This document shows positions 38,859-51,900 of a stretch of DNA of 64,000 nt, in pieces (the stretch's first letter is position 1; every line of letters begins with the position of its first letter). A program made the position numbers and the translations under genes. Below the pieces are notes generated by a model. That model was not told where the DNA came from. It worked only from the letters and a program-made list of their open reading frames with translations, and did not search any database. This DNA is from Tubiluchus corallicola (Eukaryota > Animalia > Priapulida): NCBI GenBank assembly GCA_030141605.1, contig JAQGDQ010002367.1, forward strand, positions 1 to 64,000, written 5' to 3'.

Positions 38859-39812
38859 CTATAAACATTTCCACAAGCTAACACAATCACAACTACATGA
38901 AGAACTAAGTTTGTATTCTCCCCTTTCAGCAATAATTGGCGACTCTTTCACACAACAACAATACAATATTGCTCCTAAGGATACTACAGCGACAAAGTCA
39001 CATTTTCTGCTAAACACTGTAAGTACTAGCAGATTAAACTATTTTTGTACTAAACATAATCAACTCTTCCATAAGAAGATTTTGCTCTGACGTGTTTTAC
39101 TGTTCTGTCAGGTGGCGGTACTATGGTGTCTCCGCGCACCAGTCTCCGGCCTTTCGACGTACTGAAAACTGTAAACAAAATTGAAAAATAAGTTTCCTCG
39201 ATTGCAAAAAATGGTTAATCTCAAAGAGCAGCCTGTAGCTCTAGATAAATAATTTGATTGAATCAAAACAGTGCTTTATTGCCTGAACATTTAATGTATC
39301 CAAATTATCTAAGTTTCTAAATATCCTGCGTAAAAAACCTCTAGTGTCTAAACAGCTTCATACTTTAAGGGTTATTTGAGTCAAAATGTTGGCGCAATGT
39401 TGTTAAATCATTGTTGCTTTTCGTTGACTAAATTCTTTGGACGCAAGCATGACGCTCAATTACCTCGCTTAGGAACATTATCGTTCAAAATTGAAAAAAG
39501 TCATAATAAGGGATATGCTTGCTGGAATGAATATTTAAGCATACTGTTTACTGTGATTTTACAGATAGTGAAAGTGATTGTTATCAAATAGACAGGCATT
39601 TAAATATTGGCTACTAGTTGCTATTATACATAATGCTGAATGAGAGATGCTTATCGCGATATATGCCAATAACGCAATTTCAAAAACCATAAAAAATACT
39701 AGCTGGTAAGCGAAGACAGGTATTGTGGTATTGTAAAAATTACTGCTAAAAGTAAATATCATAATTGATTTTGTGGTGAGTTTACCTGCAGGATAACCAA
39801 GGATAGTTTTAC

Positions 39813-40181
39813 CTCTTCTTCTGGGATGTGACCAGTTTGTTGTACAAGCATGCATTTCCTTTTTCGGTAAACTTTTCTGTGCCTTGTGAGCAGCATCGGG
39901 AGTTGAGGAGCTCCTCTGGCGAGTTTGCACATATTCATCTTTATTGCCTCTCGGACATAGCAACGACTCATTTTTCATGAATTGGCTGTCACCTGACTGA
40001 TGTTCATTTCGTTCTTGAACTTCGTATGAAGTTCGTTTAACACAACTTTTCCGAAGGAATCCTGTTTCCTTACTGATATCTTTGACAATAGACTGTTCAC
40101 TATAAGACTTACTGCGTGGATTAAGTGTTTTCTCCCTTTTAACTTGTTCGTTTTCTGTCTTGTAAAGAGCATCAGTTTTTA
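39813..40181 (-). CDS. Candidate internal exon (369 bp, phase 1-1) of an unidentified host gene
   Basis: Strong acceptor ttttttgtttgttttag, open hydrophilic frame (KTDALYKTENEQ...SHPRRR), donor AG|GTAAAA (alternative donor at 39786). No domain recognised. Confidence 0.4.
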
Positions 40182-40454
40182 CTAAAACAAACAAAAAATT
40201 GTTCACACAATTTGTAAAATATAATGGAAACTTATGTTAAAACTTGAAAACAAATCTATCACTTGTTATTGATATTAGTTTTCATATCGTTTTTATTTAT
40301 GTGCACTACAGTTTGATTTAGCTGATGCCGTGTTGGCGCAATGGCTTTGTTGTCTGCTGGAATTTGTTCAGTTTTTTTGCTTCTGTTAGTTGTGTGATGA
40401 GGGTTACAGGGATTTGGAAACGGGATTTTGATACAGACTATCTCTACACAAGCA

Positions 40455-40590
40455 TTTTAGACATAGACAATTTTGGACACAGGCCGTTTGTGGGACACAT
40501 AAGCCATTTGGACACATAGGACATTTGGACACAGGGTAATTTGGACAATAGGACATTTGGACCCAAGGTAATTTGGACACAGGACATGGT
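40455..40590 (+). repeat. 16-17-bp minisatellite cluster 1 (CATTTGGACACATAGGA)
   Basis: About 7 degenerate tandem units. Confidence 0.85.
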
Positions 40591-40780
40591 GATTTAGCTA
40601 AACTTATGGGTGTACAAATAACTAAAGATTTAACATGGAACATCCATATTCATTCAATGTACAGTAAAGCAAGTAAAAGAATTTATCTTTTGTGACTAAA
40701 AGAGCTGGGAAATCTCCTAATGATACGATAAAAATGTACCACGCCCATGTACATTTGTTGAATACACTTATCAGGTATGA

Positions 40781-41003
<223 letters not shown>

Positions 41004-41844
41004 TTGTAAGGAACTGTTCAAAGAACTCATTCAAAATGATTTTTCCAAATGAAAATCAAGTAAATGCTGTAATTTTGGCTAATCTTCAAACTTTATTTAC
41101 TCGTCGCGAAAATTCTTGTAAAAGTTGGCTCCTGGCAATTCAAAAACCATAATAATGTAATCCACACTACTACCAGATACCCGTACTCATAGATATGGTA
41201 TACTCGCCGCCAGCTAAAATACCCTTTACATAAATGCAGAACAGAGAGATCAAGAACAGTTTTATTGTATATGGTTCTGTATATTCTAACTTTCTTATGC
41301 TTTTACATTTCCACATAACCACAATTAAACAAAACTGAATTAAATAACACTGAAGATTTAACTGGAAAGAGATTTAAATATCACAAGGCCTAAACTAGCT
41401 GTGACAAGATTTTAAACAAATTAACGAAAAACAGAATGAAGAAATATAGACTGATACCTAACTTGCCATTTAGTGGGTAGTAGGAGAACTCTAAATCTGA
41501 TAGAAGAAACACAAGCACAAGAACCACCAACCCTGCACAACCCGATTACCACTGTAGCTCCAAAGTACAGCAGGTTTTCACCCTCCTTTTATAACCTACC
41601 CCAAACTAGCGTACATGTCAGAAATACAGCCGAAATGAAACTTGTTTGGTTGAAAGCAAAAAGGTGTGAAGATTTAGCCAATAAAAGCCAAAATATTTGT
41701 AAAAGAATAATTTAGAAGACTTAGGTTTGAACTACTGGTACTTTTAGGGGTGACATGCAACACTAGTTTGGTAACTTTGGAATAAAGGTAGAGGTTGTGC
41801 AGAACGGGCCGCGCAAGCGCCTGCACTACGATAGTTATATATAT

Positions 41845-42065
41845 TTGGACATATAGGACATTTGGATACAAAGTAATTTAGACAGTAAGACATTTGGACA
41901 CAATGTAATTTCGACACGTTGAACATTTGGATACAAGGTGATTAGGAGACAAGTTATATAGACATGTAAGCTGTTCAGACGCAAGAGGCTTTTTGCACAG
42001 GATATTTAGAAACGCAGATAATTTGGATACAGTAAGTCTTTAGACACCAAAGCGCATTTAGATTC
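41845..42065 (+). repeat. 16-17-bp minisatellite cluster 2
   Basis: atttggacatataggacatttggatacaaag..., the same unit, more degenerate toward its 3' end. Confidence 0.8.
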
Positions 42066-42109
42066 GCAAGGAGATCATATCATTTAGCAACTTTGGTTAT
42101 TTAGCTTAC

Positions 42110-42170
42110 TTTGTACTTGTAGTGGCTGAATTTAAGCAACTTTTTGCAAAATTGAAGGAGTTTCTATTGA
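42110..42170 (-). CDS. Candidate 61-bp exon
   Basis: Flanked by ggtttttag and GTAAGC; open in phase 1 (NRNSFNFAKSCLNSATTST). Confidence 0.25.
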
Positions 42171-43194
42171 CTAAAAACCATAGATTAAACAGATGACGTA
42201 TTATCTATTTTGAAAAATCCCTTTCTCGCTAACTAGAATTCACCTCCTCCAACAGTAACTGCAGTCTGCAGGTCACAAGTATGTAAATATAAGGGGTTTT
42301 TTAATAGTATGCGGATATCCGGATGTGGTAACGGTAGCTTCACCGTAGCTGCGGCGATTGCAGCCGATACAGCGAGATTTTTTGCTGCAACTTTTAATGC
42401 TGAAAACTTTTAAATCAAAAACCGAAATCTAATGTGCATTTAAGTGTGTGACACATAGATTAAGTTGTGTAGGTAGCAATTAAGACTAAATCATGAACAT
42501 CTGCACAAAAAGGTTTTACTGAAAGATTTTTCTTTACAAGTTAGTTCATACAGGGTATTTATCATGCGATAAAGAATTTTCCCGGACTCAGTTGCCCCCA
42601 GATGATGAATAAAATTTGGCGTTCTCGCCACGGTTATATCGGACACTGATATAAGAAGTTTTTTTGGAGGAGTTATATTGGTAGGATGAGGCCAAACTAG
42701 GAGAGTATTAGTTTATGGGACAATCGGCACAAACTTAGATTAACTAAAATAGGTTCTGCGCTTTGTTCCACTATTCAAACTAACCGCAGCTGTATTATAT
42801 ACAAATTTACTTCAAGCTTTGCAGATTTTCGAAAATGCGGGAGGACAATGCGTGGCTATAATGTCTGGTAATCATTCAGCAAATCGACAAGTACATGAAA
42901 CACTGCGTAAAACTCTAAACACTTCAGATGTCATATTCAAAATAGTCTACCCAATCCCAAATAATCAGAGTAAAGATTTGAATCTCCTGTTTGATCCTGT
43001 GTCTTAAAAATGACTTTAAAATGTCAGAAACAAATTGGTCTCTGAAAAGACTCAAACACTGGTGTTTTTTCCTCCCGGAAAAGAGAGTCCTGTGGCTGCC
43101 AAATGGACGGATTCAGTTAGTATTTACAACAAAGACAACCCTTTCACAACATACTTTATTTCCATCTAACTTTGATTGGCAGAAAGGTTGTGCA

Positions 43195-43420
43195 GACATT
43201 TCGCCATAAGATATTTGGACACATAGGTTATTTGGACGCAAGGCACTTTTGACACCTAGGTCATTTGGACACAAGGACATTTGGAAACCTAGGACATTTG
43301 AACACATAGGAGCTTTGGACACAAGGAAATTTGGAAACATAGGTCATTTGAACACATAGAAAATTTGGACACATAAGACATTTGGACACAAAACTACTTT
43401 GACACATAGGTCATTTGGAC
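43195..43420 (+). repeat. 16-17-bp minisatellite cluster 3
   Basis: About 13 units such as catttggacacaagga and catttgaacacatagga. Confidence 0.9.
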
Positions 43421-43899
43421 TAAAAGAAAGAAATGGTTTACAAGGCGTAAAGGTTTTCTTAGGAGACATGCATACTAAATGAAACGGGAAGGTGCATTTT
43501 GAAGTTCTTTTTCAACCCCCTAGTGCTGCACACTATTTGAAACATCCATTGTCTTTGAGTATGAGAAATGTCATGGCTGTTCCAGGCATTGTCTTCACCC
43601 GCCATTCTAATGTGTTATAGATTGTACACGTAAGATATATCTGTTAGCCTTTTATTATCAGAAAAACGGTAAGCAAAACTGTGTAGAATGTCTGTGCATT
43701 TGTGCATTATTGATAATTGGTGGATGGCACACAGTTCCAATATGCGTTTTGTATATGATACTGTGCTGTTGGTGTTGGTGTTGGCGTTGCAGGTGCCATC
43801 ATCGTCGCCATCAGCATGATCATCGTCATTACATATGATGTAATGGGTTTGGTGGGGTGCATGTGTTGTGGTGTTGTGGGTGAGGTATGGTGTGATTGG

Positions 43900-44900
43900 T
43901 GGCTTGGCTAGTCTTATAATTAATTTCGGTGGTATAAGGCTTTATAATACGATTCGAGGCTACAGCTTGTGTGAAGGCAGCATTATTGGCAATGTATAAT
44001 ATAATACGATTCGAGGCTACAGCTTGTGTGAAGGCAGCATTATTGGCAATGTATATATCAAACGAAAAGTTTCGATCCAGTCCTTTACTATTGGATTTTT
44101 ATTTTTCGGATCGGGGCCATTGGGAGAAATGGGGGTAGAAGAAAAAAACCTCCTAAAATGGCCTTTTTGCCCGTTTTTTGCAAAATTTATATCTCTTATT
44201 TCAAAGATCGGGAACGAACCGGTGCTTCTAATGGTTGGTTAGTCTGTTCAGCGATGGGTGTAGTCGGTGCATTTAGAATTAACGGAAGAACCACGGTTTC
44301 CCGTAACGGACGTTTCCCCAGGCCCAACTCTTGATTTTTTGGAAATTTTGTCAGAACACCATGTAAAAAAAGTACTAGCGGCATCTGGTGGAATTGGGAG
44401 AAGATATACAGTTCTACGAGTTTTTCGCTTGTAAAACTGCTGAAGCATTGCATTGTTCTGACATCAATCCACTGCATATAATTCAGCAAAAGCGGCTGAA
44501 CACGATGTAGAACGCTCGGGCATTACTAACTGTAAGTACATTTATATGCAAAATTCTTGCGCGGCCTTGGCTGGTCTTATAATCAATTTCGGTGGTATTA
44601 GATAGCATATATATATATGACCCTTCATTTGATATATGGCGAGGTCATGGGAGCTGTAGCCTTGCTCGAATCTTATATATATATAATATAATATATATAT
44701 ATATATATATATAAGATTCGAGCAAGGCTACAGCTCCCATGACAGCAGCACATATCAAATGAAAGAGCTCGATCCAGTCCTTTGCCATTGCGGGTTTATT
44801 TTTATAATAAGAGGAAAGGGGCAAACCCCCCCAAAATTGCCCCCTTTTTGCTCGCTCGTTTTTTGTACAAAACTGATACCTCTTATTTCTAGAGATCTTG
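43900..44900 (+). mobile_element. Cluster of non-autonomous, possibly Helitron-like elements beside a (TA)n tract
   Basis: A shared end cttggct.gtcttataat.aatttcggtggtat occurs at ~43903 and ~44566. A shared start gattcgag...gctacagct...atatcaaa.gaaa...cgatccagtccttt occurs at ~43950 and 44713. There is a 57-bp tandem duplication at 43944-44055. The superfamily is inferred from sequence style only. Confidence 0.5.
44644..44743. repeat. Inverted repeat: perfect 31-bp arms around an (AT)n spacer
   Basis: gtcatgggagctgtagccttgctcgaatctt (44644-44674) and its reverse complement (44713-44743); imperfect extension to 44624-44763. Confidence 0.95.
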
Positions 44901-45876
44901 TTTGGTAAGTAAGTAAAAGTAGGTAAATGTTTTTTTATAAAAAAGTTTCATTCTCTCCATGTCTGCTTTACAATTAAGAAGTTACTAGCATAAATTGAGA
45001 ACAATAAATAAACAAACCAAGTTACATTTCAATTTAAAATACAGCTGTTAACAAACTTACAATTCATCAAACAAAAACTTTAATGAAGACAAATTCTTGG
45101 ATACTAAAATATGTATAAAACAGAGTAAAATTTCTGTATTAAATAAATTTAAAATGAAAATAAGACCAAAAGGAGTACACTATTTTACTACCCAATGATC
45201 CGCGTGATAATTAATGAAATAAAAACTATTTAAAATTAATAAAATCTAGGAGCACATATAAAAATTGACCGGCACCCAAGACACCTGGCGCCCACTAACA
45301 ACAGCTATAACCTGATGTCACCACTTATTTGACAGTCTTTTACTTATTTATTTTATTTTATTCACACCCAGTAGTAAAATACAGTCTACACAAAAAAAAG
45401 AATAAAACACATAGGCAAAAAACATACAAATAAAATATTTACAAGAGTGTGGTAAAGACACAAAGAGATTAACTGCTTACATGTGTCTATTGTGTACTTA
45501 TGCATTTAGGGAATTTATGCAAGTTAACTTTATATAAGTGGCTTTTAAACAACTTAATATTTAGTGCAGCTACGAGGGTGCACCATCAATATATGCAGAC
45601 AATGAGTTCCAAATCGGTACAACATGATTTGAGAAAAATTGACCAAATGATACTTTAGCTGTTCGACGCACGAAAAGCTTCAAAGAATGACTTTGTCTTG
45701 TTCTATTGCAAGATACTCTGGTAAAAAATTTGACAAAATCAAAATCAACTTCTCTATGAAGAATTTGGTAGAATAAAGCTAAATCTTTTTGAATGCGTCT
45801 CTCTTCTAAAGACTTTAAATGTAGAACCTTCAGACGCTTAGGATATGGCATATACATTAAATTACATCTATAAAAT

Positions 45877-46040
45877 GGTGTCTAAAGGTCTTGGTATTGC
45901 CGGAGCTGGCCACTTGGGGATGAGCTCCCAGTGACCTACAAAGTGGCTCCAAGAGGCTTGTGCAACTCTACCACCTCTGCCAGACAAACTCCTACGCTCT
46001 GCCTCCTCGTGGCGACACTGGTTTTACTAAATGAGCTAGG
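45877..46040 (+). ncRNA. HDV-like self-cleaving ribozyme, P4-less with long J1/2
   Basis: P1 GGUGUC (45877-82)/GACACU (46014-19) with G1-U wobble. P3 GCC/GGC with L3 UCCUCGU (46001-13). P1.1 CC/GG (46020-21). J4/2 CUAA with catalytic C46027. P2 CCUA(C)GCUC (45991-99)/GAGCUAGG (46033-40). Confidence 0.75.
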
Positions 46041-46607
46041 TGTGAAAGCGAGCTATTGGCGCTATGACCGATAAAAATGCTTGCACAAGCAGCCAACGGC
46101 TAGAGGGCGAAGGAGGTCAAGTGACCCAACGGCCATGTGTAGAGGAGTAAACCTTCCAAATCAGGAGTGGAGCCCCGAAGGCGGACCAGTGCAGCATGCT
46201 CACTGACTCCAGCAGCTCCTGCAGCCAACCTGGTGCCAAACGTATCGCTCTGCTTTCCTTTGGACTACACCAGGGAGGAAGAGAGGGGTTCCTGATGTCT
46301 GGGCAACTCAGGATCTCCATATACCTTGCCCAGGCGTGCACCCTGGAGAGGCCACTTCAGTCCAGACTCCACCGTCTCGCCAAACGGGTTTACCCAGAAG
46401 CACAATGCGGTTTCAGGGCAGAGAGATCCACCATTGACATGATATTCTCTCTAAGACAGCTCCAGGAAAAAAGCCGCGAACAACAAAGACTGTTTATGGC
46501 ATTCATTGACCTGACCAAAGCATTTGATTTGGTTAGCAGATCGGGCCTGTTTACACTCCCGCAGAGAATTGGATGCCCCCCAAAGCTGCTGAGACTGATT
46601 ACTTCCT
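45877..46607 (+). mobile_element. BovB-like RTE fragment: 5' UTR fused directly to mid-RT, 3' end missing
   Basis: RVYPEAQCGFRAERSTIDMIFSLRQLQEKSREQ...FIDLTKAFDLVSRSGL...IGCPPKLL is a BovB-group RT. The GC-richer UTR-like segment 45877-46363 precedes it with no APE domain. Confidence 0.85.
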
Positions 46608-47279
46608 GTACGCTTTCTATACGGTCAACACTACCCAATAAAGCTGGATTCCAGACTGGCTAGCAATACTTTACAGTAGGTCTTATGTAAACTATGAACA
46701 ATAATATGTCTTTACCATCAGTAGAAAACATTCTAAACAACATATTTGTAATTCTGTTGGCTTTAGTAGCTGCCTCAATGCATTGGTTTGTCCATTTCAG
46801 GTCATGATAAATTATAACACCAAGACCATGCACACTTGCTTCGACGGGTAAATAAGAGCCAAAAAGTGATATTCATGGCTCGGATCAGCATTCCCAATAT
46901 GTATAACATTGCATTTCGGTGTGGCTATAACTAGTTGCCACGCATTAGCCTATAAGTTAATTGCATCTAGGGCTGATTGAAGATCACTATTTTGACTTCA
47001 CCAAAAACTTTGATAGAGTTTTACATCATCTGCAGATAATTTTACTATTAGTGCATCAATGACATCATTTAAATCATTAACAAAACACAAAAAAGCCGTC
47101 CAAGAGCACTTCCCCGAGGCACACCAGATGTTACACATACATATTCAGATACATTATTACCAATAGCAACACGTTGTTTTCTATCGTTCAAAAAAGCTTC
47201 AATCGACGTTAAAAGATGTCCTACAATGTCATTTGCATGTAATTTCAAAATTAGTTTGATATGGGAAACAGCCTTGTGG

Positions 47280-47430
47280 TCAGTACGTCCTTTCTCTCCA
47301 TTCCGTAGCCGTCCATCTCAAATTCGGCATTTGGTGACGACTCATCTAATCTTGTCTCAGTTACATACAAGACATCATCATCGTGCACAGTTAGGAACTT
47401 CTTTAAAATTGTACTTATGTTTAAGCGTGC
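47280..47430 (-). pseudogene. APE endonuclease N-terminal fragment of a CR1-type LINE
   Basis: DVLYVTETRLDESSPNAEFEMDGYGMERKD resembles the (I/V)TETWL...DGY...RxDR motif. Confidence 0.65.
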
Positions 47431-48900
47431 AGTGATGCAGTTGTTGTAATTTGCCAACAAATCCAAGTGATTTCCGATAAATTTTCTACCGCATCCAAAG
47501 ACCACTTATATCTCGATCCACTATTAAAGTTTAGATCACAGGTCAAAGCTTGGTTTACTGCAGAAGTGTTATTGAATGGCAGCTGGCTCCAATTTGATTG
47601 TATTCCTGCCATGCTGTACCAATATGAAGAAAATGCTGGAATCTATAAACTGTATTAGGTTGCAAGAACGTGGTTATTTTGTCTTTAAATGGAAAGAAAG
47701 AGCCAAAACTATTGCCACATTTTAAAGTAATGTGTAGCGGAACAAGGGGGTAAATTTGCCTAATCATGACTGATTTTGTGTTTTTCACTTGCAAAGACTG
47801 AAGACCAATGAACTGTGTAGGTAAATATGCTATTCTTTGGAAACAGTCTGTACGGAGATTTTCCGGGAAAAGACTTTAACAAGATATTTTTTGGTAAGTT
47901 CTTCATGAAATTTGTGATATGTTGATGAAATACAAAAATCTCTATGTGCTAAAGCTTAAATAAGGTTGCATTTGAACTGCCTGCAAGTGAAACATTCAAA
48001 ATCAGCATACAGACTAGTAAACTAGTATTTTTTTACGATCGGATTTAGATAGATGCCATTCTGTTCATAATGAAGTAGTATATCTAAAAAAGATAAAGAA
48101 CCATTATTTTCAATATCGCAAGTATATTTGATGCAAGGGTGACACAAATTTAAATAATCTAAAAACAAAGGTATGTGGTTGTGATCAATAGAAAAGTGTC
48201 ATCTACATAATGTTTATCGACAACTTAAATTCTTAAGGACAATTATTATGCCAATTTTTCACAGTACACACATAAATATTAGAGCAAAAGTAGGTCGTAA
48301 AGGTGAGTCCATCACAGTTCATTGAATTTGTTCATATAAATCACTATTAAACAGAAATTGTACGTTTTTTACAGAAACTTCCAACAGATGGCGAAATAGG
48401 TCTGAGTTGAGATTACAACAAGATCGATATTATTAAATAGTGAATGAATACAGATATCAATAGTTTCATCAAGAGCAATGCTTGTAAATAGACTTTCAAC
48501 GTCAAAAGTTCACAGCAATTATTCAAACATAGCATTTCTGTAACGAAGCTGAAGGATCCTGAACAGTGTATTCATTATTAGTAAGGAGTTCACAAATATG
48601 TACTAGAAATTTTGAAGTAGCCATACATGACAGTATTGAGAGCAGAAAGAATACGTCTCATTCGTATATTAGGTTTGTCTACTTTGGGAACACTATATAA
48701 AACTACTGGATTAGAGCCACATGGCCAAAGTTGGTTAAAAATTAGCTTGATCAATTACACCCTGATAAAGTTCTAACCAGATGTTTTACTTTTAAAATAC
48801 TGTGAATGTTATCAGTGATAAATTTAAGTTTTGTAAAATCGTATAAAAAGGTTAATTTTACTAATATACTAACACTTATTTAAAATAGTGACTCCATTTC
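47430..48900 (-). mobile_element. Decayed Penelope-like element (RT plus GIY-YIG region)
   Basis: Minus-strand motifs GSNPVVLYSVPKVDKPN..MRRILS, FDVESLFTSIALDETIDIC, MDSPLRPTFA.IFM, YVDDTF, FPFKDKITTFLQPNTVYRF. Confidence 0.88.
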
Positions 48901-48904
48901 CTTT

Positions 48905-49440
48905 GTCAGTGCCGGGTGACATTTGAGTACTAAAATCGGATTCTTTTCTTTAACCTGGGACATCGAGGACCAGTGTCCACCAAACCGAAACTTATACATT
49001 CGATTCGTCTCATCAAGACCTTTCATTTGCTATGTATGTACTACACGCCACTGTTACTCGACACTGAAAGCATTTGCGCTGCACCTGACCTCATCGATTT
49101 TGGTTTTTGCTCCCTACCGAAAAATTTTCCGCACGTAAATAACCCATATTCAGCTACGCATAAGACTTCACTTTCACTTATCACATACGAAAAATTGTGA
49201 ATGGCTCAAAAACTATGTAGGAGGAGATCCAGCCTAACCAAAATACATAAAGCCTTGCCTATTCCGTGACCTTTGACCTGTGCTTGGTGGGTCACATGTA
49301 AACATAAATCCTACCCGGGGTGTGTGCCTTGTGAGTTTTGTGACCCTGGCCGTGTGGATGTGCGATATATTAAAGAAACAAAAAAGCCGAAAAATAAAAA
49401 AATAAACGTTGGTAAATCAAACAGATTATACTCTTAATAA
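48905..49440. mobile_element. Possible non-autonomous Helentron/HINE-type remnant
   Basis: Contains gtgacctttgacct and, on the minus strand, caaatgaaaggtcttgatgagac, both typical of such dispersed repeats. Termini not resolved. Confidence 0.35.
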
Positions 49441-49648
49441 TAAAAAAATACTATTATAATAAAATAACAACTTTAGGAGATTCAAGAAGATTGGTAAATT
49501 TTGATTATCATCAAAAAACACCTCTAAACTGCAAGAAGGGCTGCTGTTGTTTAAATTCATTCACAAAACGTGCAAATCATGCAGCAGTACTATGCTTCAG
49601 AGCAGTTAGAATGTACAGTCTTAAGCAAATGATAGTCGACTTACTTAC

Positions 49649-49823
49649 AGATGTAAAAATAACGATATTTACCGACACTTGATTTCAGAAAACTATCTGT
49701 ACTTCCATACATACTACCATTACTTCCATGTATGTGGCTAACATTCCCAAGTTGACTGAGATTCGATTCCTCTGACGTTCTTGCAGAAATTATTGATAGC
49801 CGCATCACATCGGCAAAGCTTTG
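49649..49823 (-). CDS. Candidate exon (175 bp, phase 0-1) of an unidentified host gene
   Basis: Acceptor ttctgtttgcag and donor GTAAGT (alternative G|GTAAAT at 49673). Only one frame is open (QSFADVMRLSIISARTSEESNLSQ...). Confidence 0.4.
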
Positions 49824-51499
49824 CTGCAAACAGAATGCACAAAAATGTCCTCAATCTTAAAAAAAGAAACGGAGTCTTGTTAGTACACTGTACCACAAAG
49901 GTCTCGACGGTTACAATCAGAAGTGGCTATTTTTAGTGTTATATTAGTTTTATTTTTATAATTTAATTTTAAGGCGCTAATAATTGCAATGAATTGTGTA
50001 TACTGGTGACACCTGTGTAATAAGTAATAAATTAGAAAAGCTGAGCAAAGACAAAAATTACGTTAAACAATACAATTAGTTATCGCGTAAACTCATTTCA
50101 CATTTTGCATTTCACATTATACGTATATATGTATAAGAAAGGTAATTTTTTGAATTGTACAAAATTTGAAATGAATTTCTCACTTTTTGCACAAGTAAGG
50201 ACATTATTTAACGAACTTTTCACGCCAAACAATGTTTAACCCACTGATTATACATTTTAATTTTGAATATAAAATAAAACAAGAGAAAATACCGTTTTAA
50301 AGGAAGTAGGGCCTACATTATTGCTATTTTGTATTTAAAATTAAAACACAATAAAAAGTTTTACAGCAAGCTCGTCAGTCTCAAAACATGATAAAATCAT
50401 GTTATTTTATTGATTTATTTTTATTTTAAAGTAAAATGAAAACAAAAAAGAAACATTGTGAAAACGTATCACGAATCTCTTTTCAGGCTTCATTCTAGGA
50501 AAGTAAGATAGCTTTATTATAATCCACTTCAGTAGCCAACTCTCTTTCAATGGAGAGCAAAGCTAATCAGCACAATCTTTCCTCCGCCAAAAAAGGAAGA
50601 TAGGAATGTTTGTTTCAGCCGGATCATTCAGCAACTGCGCTAGTTATTGGTAAGATCAGAAAAATGTGGACAGGTTAGAATAAACAGAAGACACGTCATT
50701 GGCGATCATGAATACGAGTACATTGTTGATGGTCAGTTTCTCGTCACTTGAATTCGGCGCTCATTTCAAAAACATGGGAGCAAGGTTTTTTAAATAAAGT
50801 AACGGTTCCAGAAAATTCTTCCAAAGCCATGCGATTAAAAAACAACAAACAAATTGCAGAAGTGAACTGCAGAGTTAAAAAAAATGTCGTAAAAACACCA
50901 ATATGAAGAAATGTGCTCAGGGGGAGAGGTTGCACCCCCTCGCTCCTCTATTAGCTACGCCACTTAAAGTGGGGTAATATTCTTTTGAAACCGTGTTAAA
51001 AACAGTTAATTACCACAACACTGCAACCACAAATGTTATAAGGTTTTACCGCCTATTTCACTCATTTCGTAACTTATTTTTATGTGAAAATCAAGTATAA
51101 ATTTTTACGTATACATGTAGATGTATAATATTTTTTAAATCAAGACACAAACATGCTAACTTTTTTGAAGTAGAAAGTTTACATTATTTTGCATTCGCTT
51201 TACAAACGTTTTCGTTACTGACCTACAGACATATCCGTTGAAAAAACATAACCTGTAGATTGTTGTTTATGTATATATGTTTGTGTATACATGTATAAAC
51301 CACCATTATAAAAAAACAACAACAAGTAAACGAATTAAATCGATACATTTACTACAAAGGAGTATTGTGGCTCAAGCGTACAGAACAAATGAACTCTAAT
51401 TCATTTAGTTAATGAAAAGGAAAATAATTATACACAGCAATGTTACAGAAGAATTTTAATAGCACTTTACACAATTGAATCTATATTTTACATGGATAG

Positions 51500-51900
51500 G
51501 ATTCAGAGAGCCACTGATTCCTATGGTGTTTAAGGCTGTTTCGAGAAAAATTACAATAATTTTATACAATTATACAGCGTCATCTTAACTACTTGACAAA
51601 ATTATTATCACCAAGATTTAGAAATTTTAATACTTCACGTATAAAAATGTCCACTCTTGCGTATCAAATGACTCTTCAAAGTCAATTAATAATAGAATCC
51701 AGGGTTGTCGCTTTTTTCTGCTTAAGGCAATAGGTCGTACACTAGTTTGTGTTTTCAGCTATATATCGGCCTTTTACAAAAGCATTTTGAGTATTACTTA
51801 TTAATATATCAATAACGCTTTTTGAACACTGCTAAAAAGGCTGCGAAGATTTTACACTGCGATTTGAATTTTATTATATTGAATGTATTAGCTATCCCGT
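51500..51900 (-). pseudogene. L1/Tx1-type RT fragment
   Basis: QNAFVKGRYIAENT...VYD and ILLLIDFEESFDTQEWTFL...LKFLNLG resemble Tx1 RT (GFxKGRYIGEN, LLLIDFEKAFD). Confidence 0.7.

Larger units (their letters stand above)
45340..47260 (-). mobile_element. CR1-type LINE, RT to 3' end, interrupted at 45877-46607
   Basis: Minus-strand motifs GVPRGSALG, LSADDVKL, GLGVII..DLKW, YIRPTVKYC.PVWNP, IESVQ, then SLEERRI..DL, RTRQSHSLKL, FFSNHVV..WNSL. AAATA-type tail near 45340-45362. Confidence 0.88.

Noticed and set aside
40270-40445. Additional minus-strand exon (SKKTEQIPADNK...)
   Set aside because: An open frame and acceptors exist, but no donor gives the phase needed to join the 40181 exon.
41400-41755. 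Possible solo LTR (TGTGAC...GTGACA, minus-strand TATAAAA)
   Set aside because: No TSD and no second copy; boundaries unsupported.
43700-43905. Thr/Pro/His-rich minus-strand reading frames
   Set aside because: Low-complexity sequence open in more than one frame, with no convincing splice signals or motif.
50915-50966. GCTACGCCAC terminus resembling a DNA-transposon TIR
   Set aside because: Partner TIR and TSD not found.
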